Positions 1 to 11,832 are shown, counted from the whole stretch's first letter. The stretch: 63,616 nucleotides of DNA, filler included, from Globobulimina sp. (GCA_003354225.1; 21 parts of 21 records of this genome joined end to end with filler, not necessarily neighbours in it); one strand, 5' to 3'. The notes: a model not told the origin generated them from the letters alone. A program made the numbers and translations.

Positions 1-752
1 GGTTGGAAAATATGTCGGATTATATGTCGGATTTGAGGTCGGATTATATGTCGGATTTGCGGTTGGATTATATGTCGGAAAATATGTTGGATCTGTTGTT
101 GGATTATATGTCGGATTTGCGGTTGGATTTGCGGTTGGATTATATGTTGGATTATGCGTGGGGTGTGCTGTAGGATTATATATTGGACCTGACGTTGGAT
201 TATTTGTTGTATAATATGTTGGGTTTGATGTAGGGTTTGATGTAGGGTTTGATGTAGGGTTTGATGTTGGATTTGTGGTTGGATTATATGTTGGATTATG
301 CGTTGGGTATACTGTAGGATTATATGTTGGACCTGAAGTTGGATTATATGTTGGGTAATATGTTGGATTATTTGTTGGATAATATGTTGGGTTTGATGTT
401 GGATTTGAGGATGGATTTGAGGATGGATTTGGGGTTGGATGTGCAGTTGGATTATTTGTCGGATTATATGTTGGATGTGCTGTTGGATCATGTACAGGAT
501 TATATGTTGGATATTCTGTTGGATTAAATGTTGGCTCTGATGTTGGGTTTGATGTTGGATTAAGAGATGGATTAAAAGATGGATTAAGAGTTGGATTTGG
601 GGTTGGATGTCTTGTTGGATTTGAGGTTGGATTTGAGGTTGGAACATATATTGGATGTATGGTTGGATTATATGTTGGATGTGATATTGGATTAAATGTT
701 GGCTTTGATGTTGGATTTGCGGTTGGATTCCGAGACGGATTTGAGATTGGAT
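1..752. repeat. Degenerate 12-bp tandem repeat encoding Pro/Thr-rich tetrapeptides
   Basis: Many gttggattatat / gttggatttgag-like units. Confidence 0.9.
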
Positions 753-1441
753 CTATATATACGTCCATCATAATGCTTGGAACAAATATATAAAAAAAAT
801 ATATAACTTGGAGTTAGTGTGAAATCGGTACATATGGCATCGATGGGGTCGCAGTCATTAAATGTATTCTCACTGATGTTGCATTTCGAGCTATAACCTA
901 TTTCACAATGAATCTGTCCGCCGCGAACACAATTATTTTTATTACATTCTATAAACACATCATTGAATCCTTCGACTGCATAGATATTTATATCACGGAA
1001 TGCCACTCTGTCAAACCCTTCAAAAACACAATTAATCGATTCAGAATCCACAAATGGTCCTATGTAGTAATATACAGATTATATTCGTCTTCAAAGTAAA
1101 TATAACATTATATATAAATACATACCGTCGTTTGGACAATATACTTCAGCATTGTCTAAAGCTCTCGTTCCAGCAACAATGTGTAAATTGGATGATGTGG
1201 TTGCGTTGATATATGCATTGGAGCATGAATCCAATCCATTGCATTCAATATAACACTCGTGATTCGACGGACAATGAATGGCTGAATCTTGACATGAATA
1301 ATTTTCAGAACAAGTTACCTGGCAATCACCTTCTGGCTCACAATCAATAGTGCTTTCACTACAATCTGTGCAGTAATGGCTGCTGGATTCGACATCAGCG
1401 ACTAAACAGATGACATAAATAAAGAGCACAGATTTTGACAT
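1..1441 (-). CDS. Secreted Cys-rich protein with long PTxxPT mucin-like stalk (3' partial)
   Basis: Hydrophobic N-terminus MSKSVLFIYVICLVA and Cys-rich exons. Frame-consistent introns at 1060..1125 and ~753..807 lead into (N/H)PT(Y/S/A) repeats that run off the contig start. Confidence 0.8.
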
Positions 1442-1495
1442 TGTCCTTGTTTGGTTTTTGTTTTTTCAAAAATTAATTAATTTTACCGATACCTA

Positions 1496-2505
1496 ATGTC
1501 TTTAGAACTTGTTGGTTATTGGCAAGGGTATGCTTGTGATTCAACAGAGCCATATCCATTGAATAAAATACCAGAAACAGTGAAATATATTCCAATTGCT
1601 TTTGCGAAACCTGTATACAAAGCGGAATTAGTATCGGAAAAAACTAAAAATAAAAACGAAAAGAAAGGCCTAGAACCACTATGTAACACATGGTCCTTTG
1701 ATAATGATAATGATCCAAATCCGTTTACGTATTCAACCCAGAAAATTAAACAATGGGTAAACGAAATAAATGATCGAGGTACAAATCAATTGGTGTTATT
1801 ATCGTTACTGGACACATCTTATTGTCATTGGTATCCAAATGTTAATATTGAACTATTTGCAAAAAACGTGGCGAAGTCTGTACAAGAATGGAACTTAGGC
1901 GGTGTGGATATCGATGCTGAATCTGGTATGGAAGACAAATACGCGGAGACATTTATAAAATTAATAAAGTGTTTGAGGTATTTTGTATATGTATATGTCA
2001 TCAGATTGTATGTATTGTATACAACACATCACATCATTATAGATCTGAAATGGGTACAGATAAAATAATATCATATACATGTTATACTGAAAGTAGATAT
2101 GATACGGAAATATTGGCAATCTGCAAAAATGATATTGATTTTCTAAACACAATGGCTTATTGGAATGGTTGCCGTGGTCAGATAGCATTATTTAAGCATT
2201 ATGCCAAATGTATTGGCGATCCGAATAAAGTTAGTATTGGATGCAAAGCCGGCAGTGATGGGAGTGAACAATCCACGAATATTGATATTGTTAAACAATG
2301 TGCTATTTGGTGTCGAAAAAATGGATACAAAAGAATGATGTTATGGTCATTAACAAGAGATGTTCAACCAATTACTGATCTGAATGACGGTGAATATTTG
2401 GATACGATGGTGCAGCATATGCAAAAAGATAATGATTGGATTGAAATAAAAGAGAATGATAAAAATAATATTGACTATGAAAGTAAAAGTTGTTATATTC
2501 TATGA
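1496..2505 (+). CDS. Glycoside hydrolase family 18 (chitinase/ENGase-like), two exons
   Basis: VGYW start, IAFA, catalytic GGVDIDAE (DxDxE), LNTMAY, MMLWSL. Intron 1978..2042 joins the two listed ORFs in frame. Ends KSCYIL*. Confidence 0.85.
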
Positions 2506-2796
2506 TTGCAATTTAGAATTAATTATAATTTTGTTTGTGTTTCTTTTTTTTATTTTATTTAATTTGTCAGAGGAAAACATGGGAATAAAAAGCAACCAGA
2601 AACTGCGGAAAACCATCGAATTGTAAATTGATACGTAATTGACAATTTACTGTGTTCTGTAATTTTGATTGTGGTGATCGGACATCACCACAATAAATTA
2701 GCTCAATAGTTGTGTCTGCAGTGGTTAAAAGTTGTTATTTTGTTTAATTTGCCACCGAAATAAAAATCAACCAGAAAACTTTTCAACAATTAAAAC

Positions 2797-2937
2797 ATGT
2801 GGCTTTTTTCAGTTTATAGTCTGTTTGCTCTGTTATTAGGCAACGCAAATTCAGTCAGCTATTCAATTAAAATCGTATTAAACAACATCACAAACCCGAA
2901 AGTGTCACCATATATATTTGGTGTAAATTTTTATCAA
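2797..2937 (+). CDS. Secreted protein N-terminus, possibly a glycoside hydrolase (3' partial)
   Basis: Signal-peptide-like MWLFSVYSLFALLLGNANS. VSPYIFGVN resembles the ISPYIYGxN start of GH44-like enzymes. Confidence 0.35.
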
Positions 2938-3037
2938 NNNNNNNNNNNNNNNNNNNNNNNNNNNNNNNNNNNNNNNNNNNNTTAATTAATTAANNNNNNN
3001 NNNNNNNNNNNNNNNNNNNNNNNNNNNNNNNNNNNNN
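2938..3037. other. Artificial contig-join spacer (first of 20, recurring every ~3.03 kb up to 60585..60684)
   Basis: 44 N + TTAATTAATTAA (stops in all six frames) + 44 N. Flanking contigs shrink monotonically from 2937 to 2932 bp. Confidence 0.98.
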
Positions 3038-3314
3038 CCTCTAAAATAGCACTTGCCCTTTCTTCCAAAAATACAATTTTTCAATTTTTCGATGTCAGCT
3101 CGCTGAATTTGAAAGCTTGCTCAGCTGTACGGAATCTCTCTATTTATTTCAATTCTGAGTGGATCATTGTGGATTATATCGCCAAATATAGGAATAATTA
3201 ACAAAAAAAAATTGAAAACTCATCCTTCCTTTTCAACCTCAAATCCAACCAAACAAAACTCAATTGGTCATTGAATTGAAAACAAATCCAACGCCTACAC
3301 AAATTATATCAAAA

Positions 3315-5261
3315 ATGAATTTACTGATGATTGATATTTTAGAGTATCTCCCACAACTTTGTGACGAAATGTCACTAGCAATCATCCAGTTTTCGATAAT
3401 TTTAGGTGCTGCATATGTTTTACGTAAAATTGTGAAAAATATATATTTTCGATATTATGATAAAGTAAAATATGTTACATTAAATTCCATCATATCAGCC
3501 AAAACTTTGTACGATTTTATAATAGTAGGAAGTGGTACTTCAGGCTCGTGTGTGGCCGGAATATTAGCCAGAGATATTAGAAACCCCAAAGTGTTATTAA
3601 TCGAAGCAGGTGGTCCAGACAATTATCATCCATTATCAACACAAGTTATACCACTTACTGTGGGTCATGAAGAAAATACAGACAATGATTGGAATTATAA
3701 AACAAGAGCACATATGAAATGGCCAAGAGGTAAAATTATGGGTGGTTGCAGCGTATTGAATTGGATGGTTTATGTAAGAGGAAACAAAACAGATTATGAT
3801 TTATGGTGCAATAAATATGATTGTAAAGGTTGGTCGTATCAAGAAATTGAATCTATTTTTAAATACTTTGAAAAATGTATGTTTAGTAATACTGATAAAA
3901 AGGATGCACATGTCAGAGGACACTTTGGCTTACAGAAAATATTCAAAAAAAAAGACAATCAACAAAGTATAATTGCCAAATTATTTGTAAAAGCTGCAGT
4001 CAATGCTGGGTATAAATTTAATGATGATTACAATGGAATAAGACAAACAGGTGTGAGTTATACACAATTTACATGTGATGAAAATGGAAGACGGGTCACA
4101 AGTTTCAGATCATTTGTGTCTTCATTATTTGCTGCTGATGGAAATTGTTCAAACATTGATATTTTGCATTCATGTCAGGTGACAAAGATTTTGTGTTCCA
4201 AAAATAAGAATAAGAATAAAAATATTGCTATTGGTGTTGAAATTGGAGGGAATAAAAATCACCGTATATTTATTGATGAAAATAATCGAGGAGAAATTAT
4301 TATTAGTTCAGGTACGATTGGCTCAGCACATTTATTATTATTGTCAGGTATTGGTGATGCAAAACAATTGAAACAACATAATATTGAATGTATTGCCAAT
4401 ATATGCGGCGTAGGACAGAATCTAAGGGATCATATTGGACAATGTGTGTTTGTATCATTACCAGATAATATTGTACCTGATACGTCATTGTTTAAAGGTA
4501 TTATTTCACCATATTTATGCAACGGTTTAGGACTTTTCTCGACAAGTGGTGCTGATGCTATGTTATTTTGTAAATCATCAGTTGCAACACAAAATGGATT
4601 AAATACAAATGATTTACAAATTGGTTGTTCAGTAATTCCATACAATGCATCCAGCCAAAATCCAATTAATAAATATTTATATTGGAAATTAAAAGAACCA
4701 AATTGTTCAGAATTTATATTTAAGAGAAAAAAAACAGAATTGGGCAATAATAACAGTAAACATTGTTTTAAATTAAGTGTAATAAATAATCAACCTAATT
4801 CAGTTGGTTGTCTTAAATTGGCAAGTTCAAATCCATATGATCAGCCAATAATTGAACCACATTATTTATCAAATAAAAAAGATATACTACAATTAATTGA
4901 TGGTTTTATGATAATAGAAAATATTATTAAACAAGAACCATTTCAATCATTAGGATGTCAAATTATACAATATGAAAATTTTGATACATTTATTGATTAT
5001 GTAAAATGTATTACCCAAAATCATTTATATACATTTTATCATCCAATTGGTACATGTCGAATGGGAAATATTTGCAATGATAAATTCGCTGTTTGTGATG
5101 AGAGATTAAACGTATTAACATTTGAAAATTTAAGAGTTATTGATGCATCAATTGCACCTTCATTGGTATCAGGAAATATTCAAGCCATGTGTTATGTTAT
5201 TGGATGTAAAGGCGCTAAAATGATATTAAAAGATTGGCAATGCGAAAGTAAGAAAAAATAA
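3315..5261 (+). CDS. GMC oxidoreductase (choline/glucose dehydrogenase-like) with N-terminal hydrophobic helix
   Basis: YDFIIVGSGTSG, VLLIEAGG, WPRGKIMGGCSVLNWMVYVRG, GVGQNLRDH, YHPIGTCRMG, LRVIDAS. Intronless. Confidence 0.93.
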   Translation: MNLLMIDILEYLPQLCDEMSLAIIQFSIILGAAYVLRKIVKNIYFRYYDKVKYVTLNSIISAKTLYDFIIVGSGTSGSCVAGILARDIRNPKVLLIEAGGPDNYHPLSTQVIPLTVGHEENTDNDWNYKTRAHMKWPRGKIMGGCSVLNWMVYVRGNKTDYDLWCNKYDCKGWSYQEIESIFKYFEKCMFSNTDKKDAHVRGHFGLQKIFKKKDNQQSIIAKLFVKAAVNAGYKFNDDYNGIRQTGVSYTQFTCDENGRRVTSFRSFVSSLFAADGNCSNIDILHSCQVTKILCSKNKNKNKNIAIGVEIGGNKNHRIFIDENNRGEIIISSGTIGSAHLLLLSGIGDAKQLKQHNIECIANICGVGQNLRDHIGQCVFVSLPDNIVPDTSLFKGIISPYLCNGLGLFSTSGADAMLFCKSSVATQNGLNTNDLQIGCSVIPYNASSQNPINKYLYWKLKEPNCSEFIFKRKKTELGNNNSKHCFKLSVINNQPNSVGCLKLASSNPYDQPIIEPHYLSNKKDILQLIDGFMIIENIIKQEPFQSLGCQIIQYENFDTFIDYVKCITQNHLYTFYHPIGTCRMGNICNDKFAVCDERLNVLTFENLRVIDASIAPSLVSGNIQAMCYVIGCKGAKMILKDWQCESKKK

Positions 5262-5819
5262 ATTATAATATAAAATTTACAAATTCTTCAACTTTAAAAA
5301 TAACCTTTTGTATGATGTATATATCCACCATCCATTTAATATAATTTGCTACATGTATAAAAACGTCAAAGTATTAGTAAATGCAGAGTCTAAAAAACAT
5401 CAAGCTAGACCAAAATAGTTTTGTCCCATAAATATTTGTTGTCAAATTTATGTATGTTTATAAAGTGATTTGCAGCCGTACTAGAATCGTATTACAGTTG
5501 AGAACTTGTTATGAGTGGTGCCTGGGCGGTTACCTCTTCATATGCAGTTGTCGCTGCGCTCTGAACTTCCTGTGCTAATATCTCAAATGAAGAAATATTG
5601 TTCCAATCCAAATAAGAAAAATACAATACTGATTTGAGTAACCAACGAAACAGATCATATGCTTTGTGAATCAATATATTTTTACTCTTCTATTCTGTGA
5701 TAATACATTCCATAGCTTCATTTGTCACATATGAATGGCATTGGATACAATTTCGCGATCTGATCGGGGATTGTTGCTTCAACTTGAAGTTTGGTTTTTT
5801 ATCGATCGCTAGTGAAACC

Positions 5820-5973
5820 ATGTCGCAGAATAATGGGCAACCGTCACCGGCCGGTGACCCTCTGCCACAAAATGTCACACAGTTGCAATATCTCACCATG
5901 TATTTGCAAAAGTATGCTCAGCAACAGTACCTATACTCCCAACAATATTACCATCAGATCAATATGAATTGCA
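5820..5973 (+). CDS. Q/Y-rich hypothetical protein N-terminus (3' partial)
   Basis: ATG-initiated frame MSQNNGQPSPAG...QQYYHQ running to the contig end. Confidence 0.35.
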
Positions 5974-6334
5974 NNNNNNNNNNNNNNNNNNNNNNNNNNN
6001 NNNNNNNNNNNNNNNNNTTAATTAATTAANNNNNNNNNNNNNNNNNNNNNNNNNNNNNNNNNNNNNNNNNNNNTTTTCTGTAACCAGCAACGTAAAAATT
6101 ATCCGATTGCATAATGTGAAAACCTTGAATGTTCACGATATTTTAATTTCTAAAAACGTCTTGAATGTTTTTTTGAATGAAAATGACTTGGTTTATCTGT
6201 TTATTGTGTCATAATTGTGTATAAATATTTGAATTATGAGCTTAAGCGGCCACAAAAAAGCAATGAACATTCAAGATTACTAAATAGATAGATTATGCCA
6301 CGAAAAACTCCAATCACTCCCCGAAAAGTTAAAT

Positions 6335-7428
6335 GTGCGGAAAAATTTATGTTTTAACACGTTCTTGTCCAAAATATCAATTTTTGATCGTTTAGAAACG
6401 TGTGTATTGTGGCGTGATAGCACTATGAAATTATTCATTATTAATAAAATTAATTGCAACACATTGAAAGTATTAAAATTAGGGGAGTTCAATTTTAACA
6501 AAGAAATATTAAAAGCAATTATTAATTGTGTTAATTTAGAAAGTTTGACACTTAGAGCTGTTACAATTAATAATGATGAAAATATTAATAATGATCCAAT
6601 GTTATCGCAGTTGAAGCAATTAAATCGGATAAAACATTTTAAAACAGATTCTGTATTCGTACGACAATTATCTAACTTTGTTAAATGGATTTTAAATGGC
6701 AATAAAAAGAAAAAAGTGCTTACATTATCATGTTATTCAAATGTTAAATTATTTGAGTTTATTGGTGCAAATACATTACAAAATTTAAAAGAAATTAAAT
6801 TGAGTTTTCATGGTTCAAACGAGGTCAATTCGGTGTTGAGTGATATTGGAAATGCAATGAAAATCATGAAAAAAAAATATGGAACAAAATTGGAGAATAT
6901 ACATTTTGGATTTAGATCGATATCACAAAGTAATGAAAGTATGTCACAATGGAAAGATACCTTTAATAAAATGGGAATTATTTCATCATTGTGTAATTTT
7001 ACAAGTTTATCAGTGGATTTTGATTTTGTTGGGCGAACCGTTGATATGAATGAATTTGTATCATTGTTAATTAACGCAAAATACGAATTTTTACCGATTG
7101 TTATATCCAACCCCGACCAAATGCAAATGACACAGATAATGATTTACAAATAAAAAGTAAAAAAATTGCAACCCAATTCATAGAAGCCTATGATGCAAAG
7201 TTGAAACCATTTTTAAGGATTACAACACAAATAATGAAACAAATTGGAATTTCACGGATTGAAACTTCGATTATTGGAATTATGTACAGTCCAATCTTTC
7301 GTTTGTGTGAAAAAAATATATCAGACATTCAACAAACAATTGAACAAAACTGTGATGATGCATGTGTAGTGGAGGGAGATTCGTTTACCATGCAATTGAT
7401 ATTAATTAAAGAAACATCATTTGTTTAG
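6335..7428 (+). CDS. Hypothetical LRR-like protein, apparent frameshift near 7110
   Basis: LxxLxL segments (LKVLKL, LESLTL, LKEIKL). The coding frame appears to switch near 7110 into the 7201..7428 ORF. Confidence 0.4.
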
Positions 7429-7681
7429 CATTCAATTGTTCCCTTTTCCCCCTCAAATCTCTCAACCATTTACAGATTCATTGAATAAAATGTATAATTT
7501 ACAACTTATCGACAATTTGAATAAAATATCAATCAATAAAATATCACTCGATACAAACAAGAACTTCAAAAGTTTATGCTGGTATACGATGTTCTGCAAA
7601 GATAAAATTAAAACTACAACATAAATATAATTATATTTACACATAATTGTTGTTTTTATTTATACAAAATGTTATAAATAT

Positions 7682-8959
7682 TCAGGTCATATTCATATCA
7701 TACATAATTTTCATATCAGTTCTGCCAGTTTCAGATTGCGCTTTGGGATCTAACATTTTTAATGCATCCTCTAACTCTTTTATATCCCATGGATTCGCCC
7801 TATGTGTGATTAATTGCTTAACGTCACCAATTTTGCCTTGACTTATCATCTCAATCGCTCTTTCATACGTATATCTGTACCGAAACACCCCATTTAACGT
7901 CTTTTCCGATACATTCACATTACTTATATCCACATTCATATTCGAATCCGCCGCCATACCAATCACTGTTATCGTCCCTCCTCGTTTTGTAATATTACAT
8001 GCATCCTCCAATACCTTCATATTACCAACACATTCCAATGCATTATCACACAAATTCGATGCAATAAAATCTTCCGTTAATGGATTTTTCAGCGTATTAA
8101 CTGTACTTATTTTACACGTACTCGATATCGACGGATTATTGGCAATATAATCATTCACCATTTTTAATTTATCATCATTTATATCCGTAATAATTATCCT
8201 CGTCGCACCATAGCCAATGGAGGTCAATAAATTGATAATTCCAATCGGGCCCGCCCCAAATATTGCCACTGCGGCTCCGGGCTCGATATTGGCCACATTG
8301 CCGCCGGTATGGATGCCCACTGATAATGGTTCACACCACGCGGCATCCTCAGTGGTCATATTTGGAGCGATTTTATAGCAATATTCAAAATGGTGTTTCA
8401 TATATTTGCGCAGAGTGCCATGCACCGGCGGGGTGGCAAAAAATGTCACATCTGGACATAAATTGTATTTCTTGGCTTTGCAGGAGGTGCATTCACCGCA
8501 AACTAAGCCTGGTTCCAATGCCACTTTATCGCCAGCCTTCAATCCATTACTCACAGCTTTGCCAACTGCCAATACCGTGGCACCGGATTCGTGTCCCATT
8601 ATCATTGGTTGTTTTAGTAGAAATGGGCCGATCACGCCATGTTTATAATATTCTAAATCAGAGCCACAGATTCCTGTATTGTCGACGGATAACAATACTT
8701 CCCATGGTTGGATAATGGAGGGTCTTTCCATGGAATATATTTCAACGGATAATGCTTTCTTTAATACTGCAGCCATGTTATCGGCCGGCATTAATTGTTT
8801 TTGATCCGCTGCAGATAATGTTATTGCATCCATTGATCCATAGAGTCGGTTCTGTCGTTCATCAAACTTTGCTTTTAATGGATCCAGTGCTGATTCTTCG
8901 TAAAAATATGGCAATTCAATGCCTTGCGATCGCAATAATGGGCAGTATCGAACCCATCC
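7682..8959 (-). CDS. SORD: Sorbitol/xylitol dehydrogenase (Zn-MDR) with N-terminal extension, probably 5' partial
   Basis: GICGSD, PMIMGHE, structural Zn C-x2-C-x2-C-x7-C, FFATPPVHG, EPLSVG, GAGPIG, GVFRY, LITHR. Confidence 0.9.
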   Translation of the reverse strand, partial: GWVRYCPLLRSQGIELPYFYEESALDPLKAKFDERQNRLYGSMDAITLSAADQKQLMPADNMAAVLKKALSVEIYSMERPSIIQPWEVLLSVDNTGICGSDLEYYKHGVIGPFLLKQPMIMGHESGATVLAVGKAVSNGLKAGDKVALEPGLVCGECTSCKAKKYNLCPDVTFFATPPVHGTLRKYMKHHFEYCYKIAPNMTTEDAAWCEPLSVGIHTGGNVANIEPGAAVAIFGAGPIGIINLLTSIGYGATRIIITDINDDKLKMVNDYIANNPSISSTCKISTVNTLKNPLTEDFIASNLCDNALECVGNMKVLEDACNITKRGGTITVIGMAADSNMNVDISNVNVSEKTLNGVFRYRYTYERAIEMISQGKIGDVKQLITHRANPWDIKELEDALKMLDPKAQSETGRTDMKIMYDMNMT

Positions 8960-9284
8960 CTGACGCAACAAAGCAGCACAAATTCCGATTATTCTTGTCA
9001 GTCAGAGACNNNNNNNNNNNNNNNNNNNNNNNNNNNNNNNNNNNNNNNNNNNNTTAATTAATTAANNNNNNNNNNNNNNNNNNNNNNNNNNNNNNNNNNN
9101 NNNNNNNNNATACCGCATAACGAACGGTATCTTCGTAGCAAGTGTATCCTTCTTCACATATCAGTTGCGCCTGGAAAACAGGCATCAAACATAATGAGAA
9201 AGTAGCTATTAATGACCACATAGGTCCCATGATTTAAAGAAATTAAATTTAGACAGGTCGGTGAAGTGAAATAAACTTACAATA

Positions 9285-11144
9285 TTAATAGTTACTGCTT
9301 TCTTCTTCAGTACTCCACGTCGAAGAGGTATCATCGCCAAACAGATTAACAACAAATGAGCTTAATGAGGATCCATCAGTTTCTCTCTCGTATATGATAC
9401 GCTTAGGTTTGATCCACCAAAACTGCGTATCATCAATGGTTAGTGCATTGCTTTGCGTGCAAGTCACAGGCTTATGGTTTATGGATTTCTCACCATCAGA
9501 CAATGCATCAACATTTCCCTCATAGAGCTTAAAATTACAGCCATATCCTTGATGCATTGCAATGCCATTATCAATAATCACATAATGAAACCTATCATAT
9601 CCAACCAATGGAATCAATACATTCAACAAAACATCATTTGCTGCAATATACTGATACAAAAACCGTGATAATTGACATGATAACGGTAACAAACCAAAAT
9701 GTGGTTCATGGCATTCATTTATCTTCAAATGATCAGCACAATGATAAAATTTATTATATCCAAGCAAAGGAATCAATATATTTTCAATGATGTCGCCTGA
9801 TGGGATATATTCATGTAAAAACGCTTCAAAATCAAAAGTAACTGGCAACACATTACATTTGCTTTCATCGCATTTGTCAATAACAACACCATCGATATCA
9901 TCACCATCCACTGCATTCATCCCAGCTATCACTTCTTTTATGCATTGCTCCGCCACTCTCAACACAGGAGACTCATTAATAACTCTCCTAACTCTCTCAT
10001 TATAATTGTAACGATACACATTGAACCTCTCCACATCTGACACCACGCATACTGGGATTTCGATATTTGACTCAGGTTTTGGCTCTATTTCATATAAATC
10101 AATCGTATCAGTTCCCTTCCAATTTGCTTTGATTGTGGCAAAGCTGAGTCTAAATGTATGAGTTTTAAACCATAATTCAGCAAAAACATCCTTCCAATCA
10201 ATGATATTTATATCATCCGCAACGGCCAAAAACAAGGTTACTACAATTTGCACATTCTTTTGTTTGAGTGTGGTTGGTGCAGTAACTGCAGTTTCTGATT
10301 TATTAATATTCTGCTTCGATAAATCTGCAATTGCAACCTGAGAGTTATTGGTTTGCTGTTTTTTATGATATTCTGTCTCATATTCATCGATTGTTTGAAT
10401 TATGGCATTATAATGTTTCCCAATAATTTCACCATCAATGTAACTTTTCAATGTTTGAATAGAAATACCTTTGAAGACATTTTCAGTGAAATCTATCAGA
10501 CAATAACCATTTTGCAATGAGAACAAATGTTGTTTTCTTTTGTGTACTGTTCGAGCATATTTCCTATTTGCAGCTCGGTGGGATTTGCTCAGATAACATA
10601 TGAAAATATACATAAACTCTCCATGTTGTTTGATATAATATTTATCAAAATATTTATGTTCCATCACTTGGTGCAGAGCTAGCTGTTTCTCACTATATTT
10701 AACTAACAATATATCCATAAAACAGTTATCAAAACTATCACTGATCGGACTGTGCCCAAATTGAGAATAATAATAATTTAATCGATATGAATGGTCTGTA
10801 CACATTTTGAAAAGTATCCATTTCTTTGAAGCGGAATGATAATATTCTATGTCTGCAGATAAATAATTCAATTGTAACGGTTGTGTTGTTTGGGATTTTG
10901 GGTGCAATGCTTTTTGTTTCTGGTCACTATATTCAGTGTATTGCGTTTTGAATCCTTTAAATCCATTGACATTTAAAATCCCATTATCTAAAAAATCTTG
11001 CTTACATACACGTTGATTAAAAGATCGGGTTTTGCGCCGATTTGTTTTCTTAATGCGTTTACGAGTATGACTGAAAATTATGTTTCTATGTTTGTTATTA
11101 AATTTTCGTTTAATACATTGACTTTGCCATTTATTTGCCGTCAT
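9285..11144 (-). CDS. Hypothetical protein, 619 aa
   Basis: Long intronless ORF with a basic N-terminus and an internal repeat LIPL(L/V)GY(N/D)(K/R)F. No family recognised. Confidence 0.55.
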   Translation of the reverse strand: MTANKWQSQCIKRKFNNKHRNIIFSHTRKRIKKTNRRKTRSFNQRVCKQDFLDNGILNVNGFKGFKTQYTEYSDQKQKALHPKSQTTQPLQLNYLSADIEYYHSASKKWILFKMCTDHSYRLNYYYSQFGHSPISDSFDNCFMDILLVKYSEKQLALHQVMEHKYFDKYYIKQHGEFMYIFICYLSKSHRAANRKYARTVHKRKQHLFSLQNGYCLIDFTENVFKGISIQTLKSYIDGEIIGKHYNAIIQTIDEYETEYHKKQQTNNSQVAIADLSKQNINKSETAVTAPTTLKQKNVQIVVTLFLAVADDINIIDWKDVFAELWFKTHTFRLSFATIKANWKGTDTIDLYEIEPKPESNIEIPVCVVSDVERFNVYRYNYNERVRRVINESPVLRVAEQCIKEVIAGMNAVDGDDIDGVVIDKCDESKCNVLPVTFDFEAFLHEYIPSGDIIENILIPLLGYNKFYHCADHLKINECHEPHFGLLPLSCQLSRFLYQYIAANDVLLNVLIPLVGYDRFHYVIIDNGIAMHQGYGCNFKLYEGNVDALSDGEKSINHKPVTCTQSNALTIDDTQFWWIKPKRIIYERETDGSSLSSFVVNLFGDDTSSTWSTEEESSNY

Positions 11145-11370
11145 TTACAATGATTTTAAGCAATTTTTCAAAACCTCAAAGAATGTTTACAATCTGTAAT
11201 TCTCTAGCCTGTATTTGTATGCCTCTCCTTTATTGACAACGTTGTTGAAGTTCCAAAAGGGGACAAAGTACGTATACATAAATAGTTTACATAGAAAAAT
11301 TGGCACTGTGACCACAACACAAAACAGTAAACAGCACATTCAATGTTATTATTAAGTATGCTTTGTATGT

Positions 11371-11832
11371 TTATTTGGGACCAAACAATGGCACATCCGG
11401 ATGGCCAGCTAATTGTTTCACTTTATCCACATCTTCAAAAATGTTTCTATTCATTCTATTCACGTCTATTTTTCTTTGAAATCCGGGCGAGAGGGACTCC
11501 AAATAAGTGACAATGCAATCAGACTGAACATCGACAGGTAAGGCAGCACCGTAAAACATGCCGGTGCCAGGAACCATTTTTTGTGGATCGTGCATATATT
11601 CTTTGATTGTTTTACGCGACCAAAGAATACGCGATGCTTTTAATTCGGGTGAATATCTTTTATATCCCGACATACCGGCAACGCGACCAACCACACCAAA
11701 TAAATTGGGTCCTCCCCGATGTGACGCACCTTGTGCATTAGAGTGACAACGCCGACATTTTATTTGAAATATTAATGCACCACGTTGTATTTCATTCATT
11801 TTCATTAAATCTGGATTAGCTGTCATCGACAT
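11371..11832 (-). CDS. Divergent mitochondrial-type (class I) cytochrome c with C-terminal extension
   Basis: GALIF, CRRCH haem motif, GPNLFGVVGRVAG, conserved Trp, PQKMVPGTGM with the axial Met. Confidence 0.9.
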   Translation of the reverse strand: MSMTANPDLMKMNEIQRGALIFQIKCRRCHSNAQGASHRGGPNLFGVVGRVAGMSGYKRYSPELKASRILWSRKTIKEYMHDPQKMVPGTGMFYGAALPVDVQSDCIVTYLESLSPGFQRKIDVNRMNRNIFEDVDKVKQLAGHPDVPLFGPK

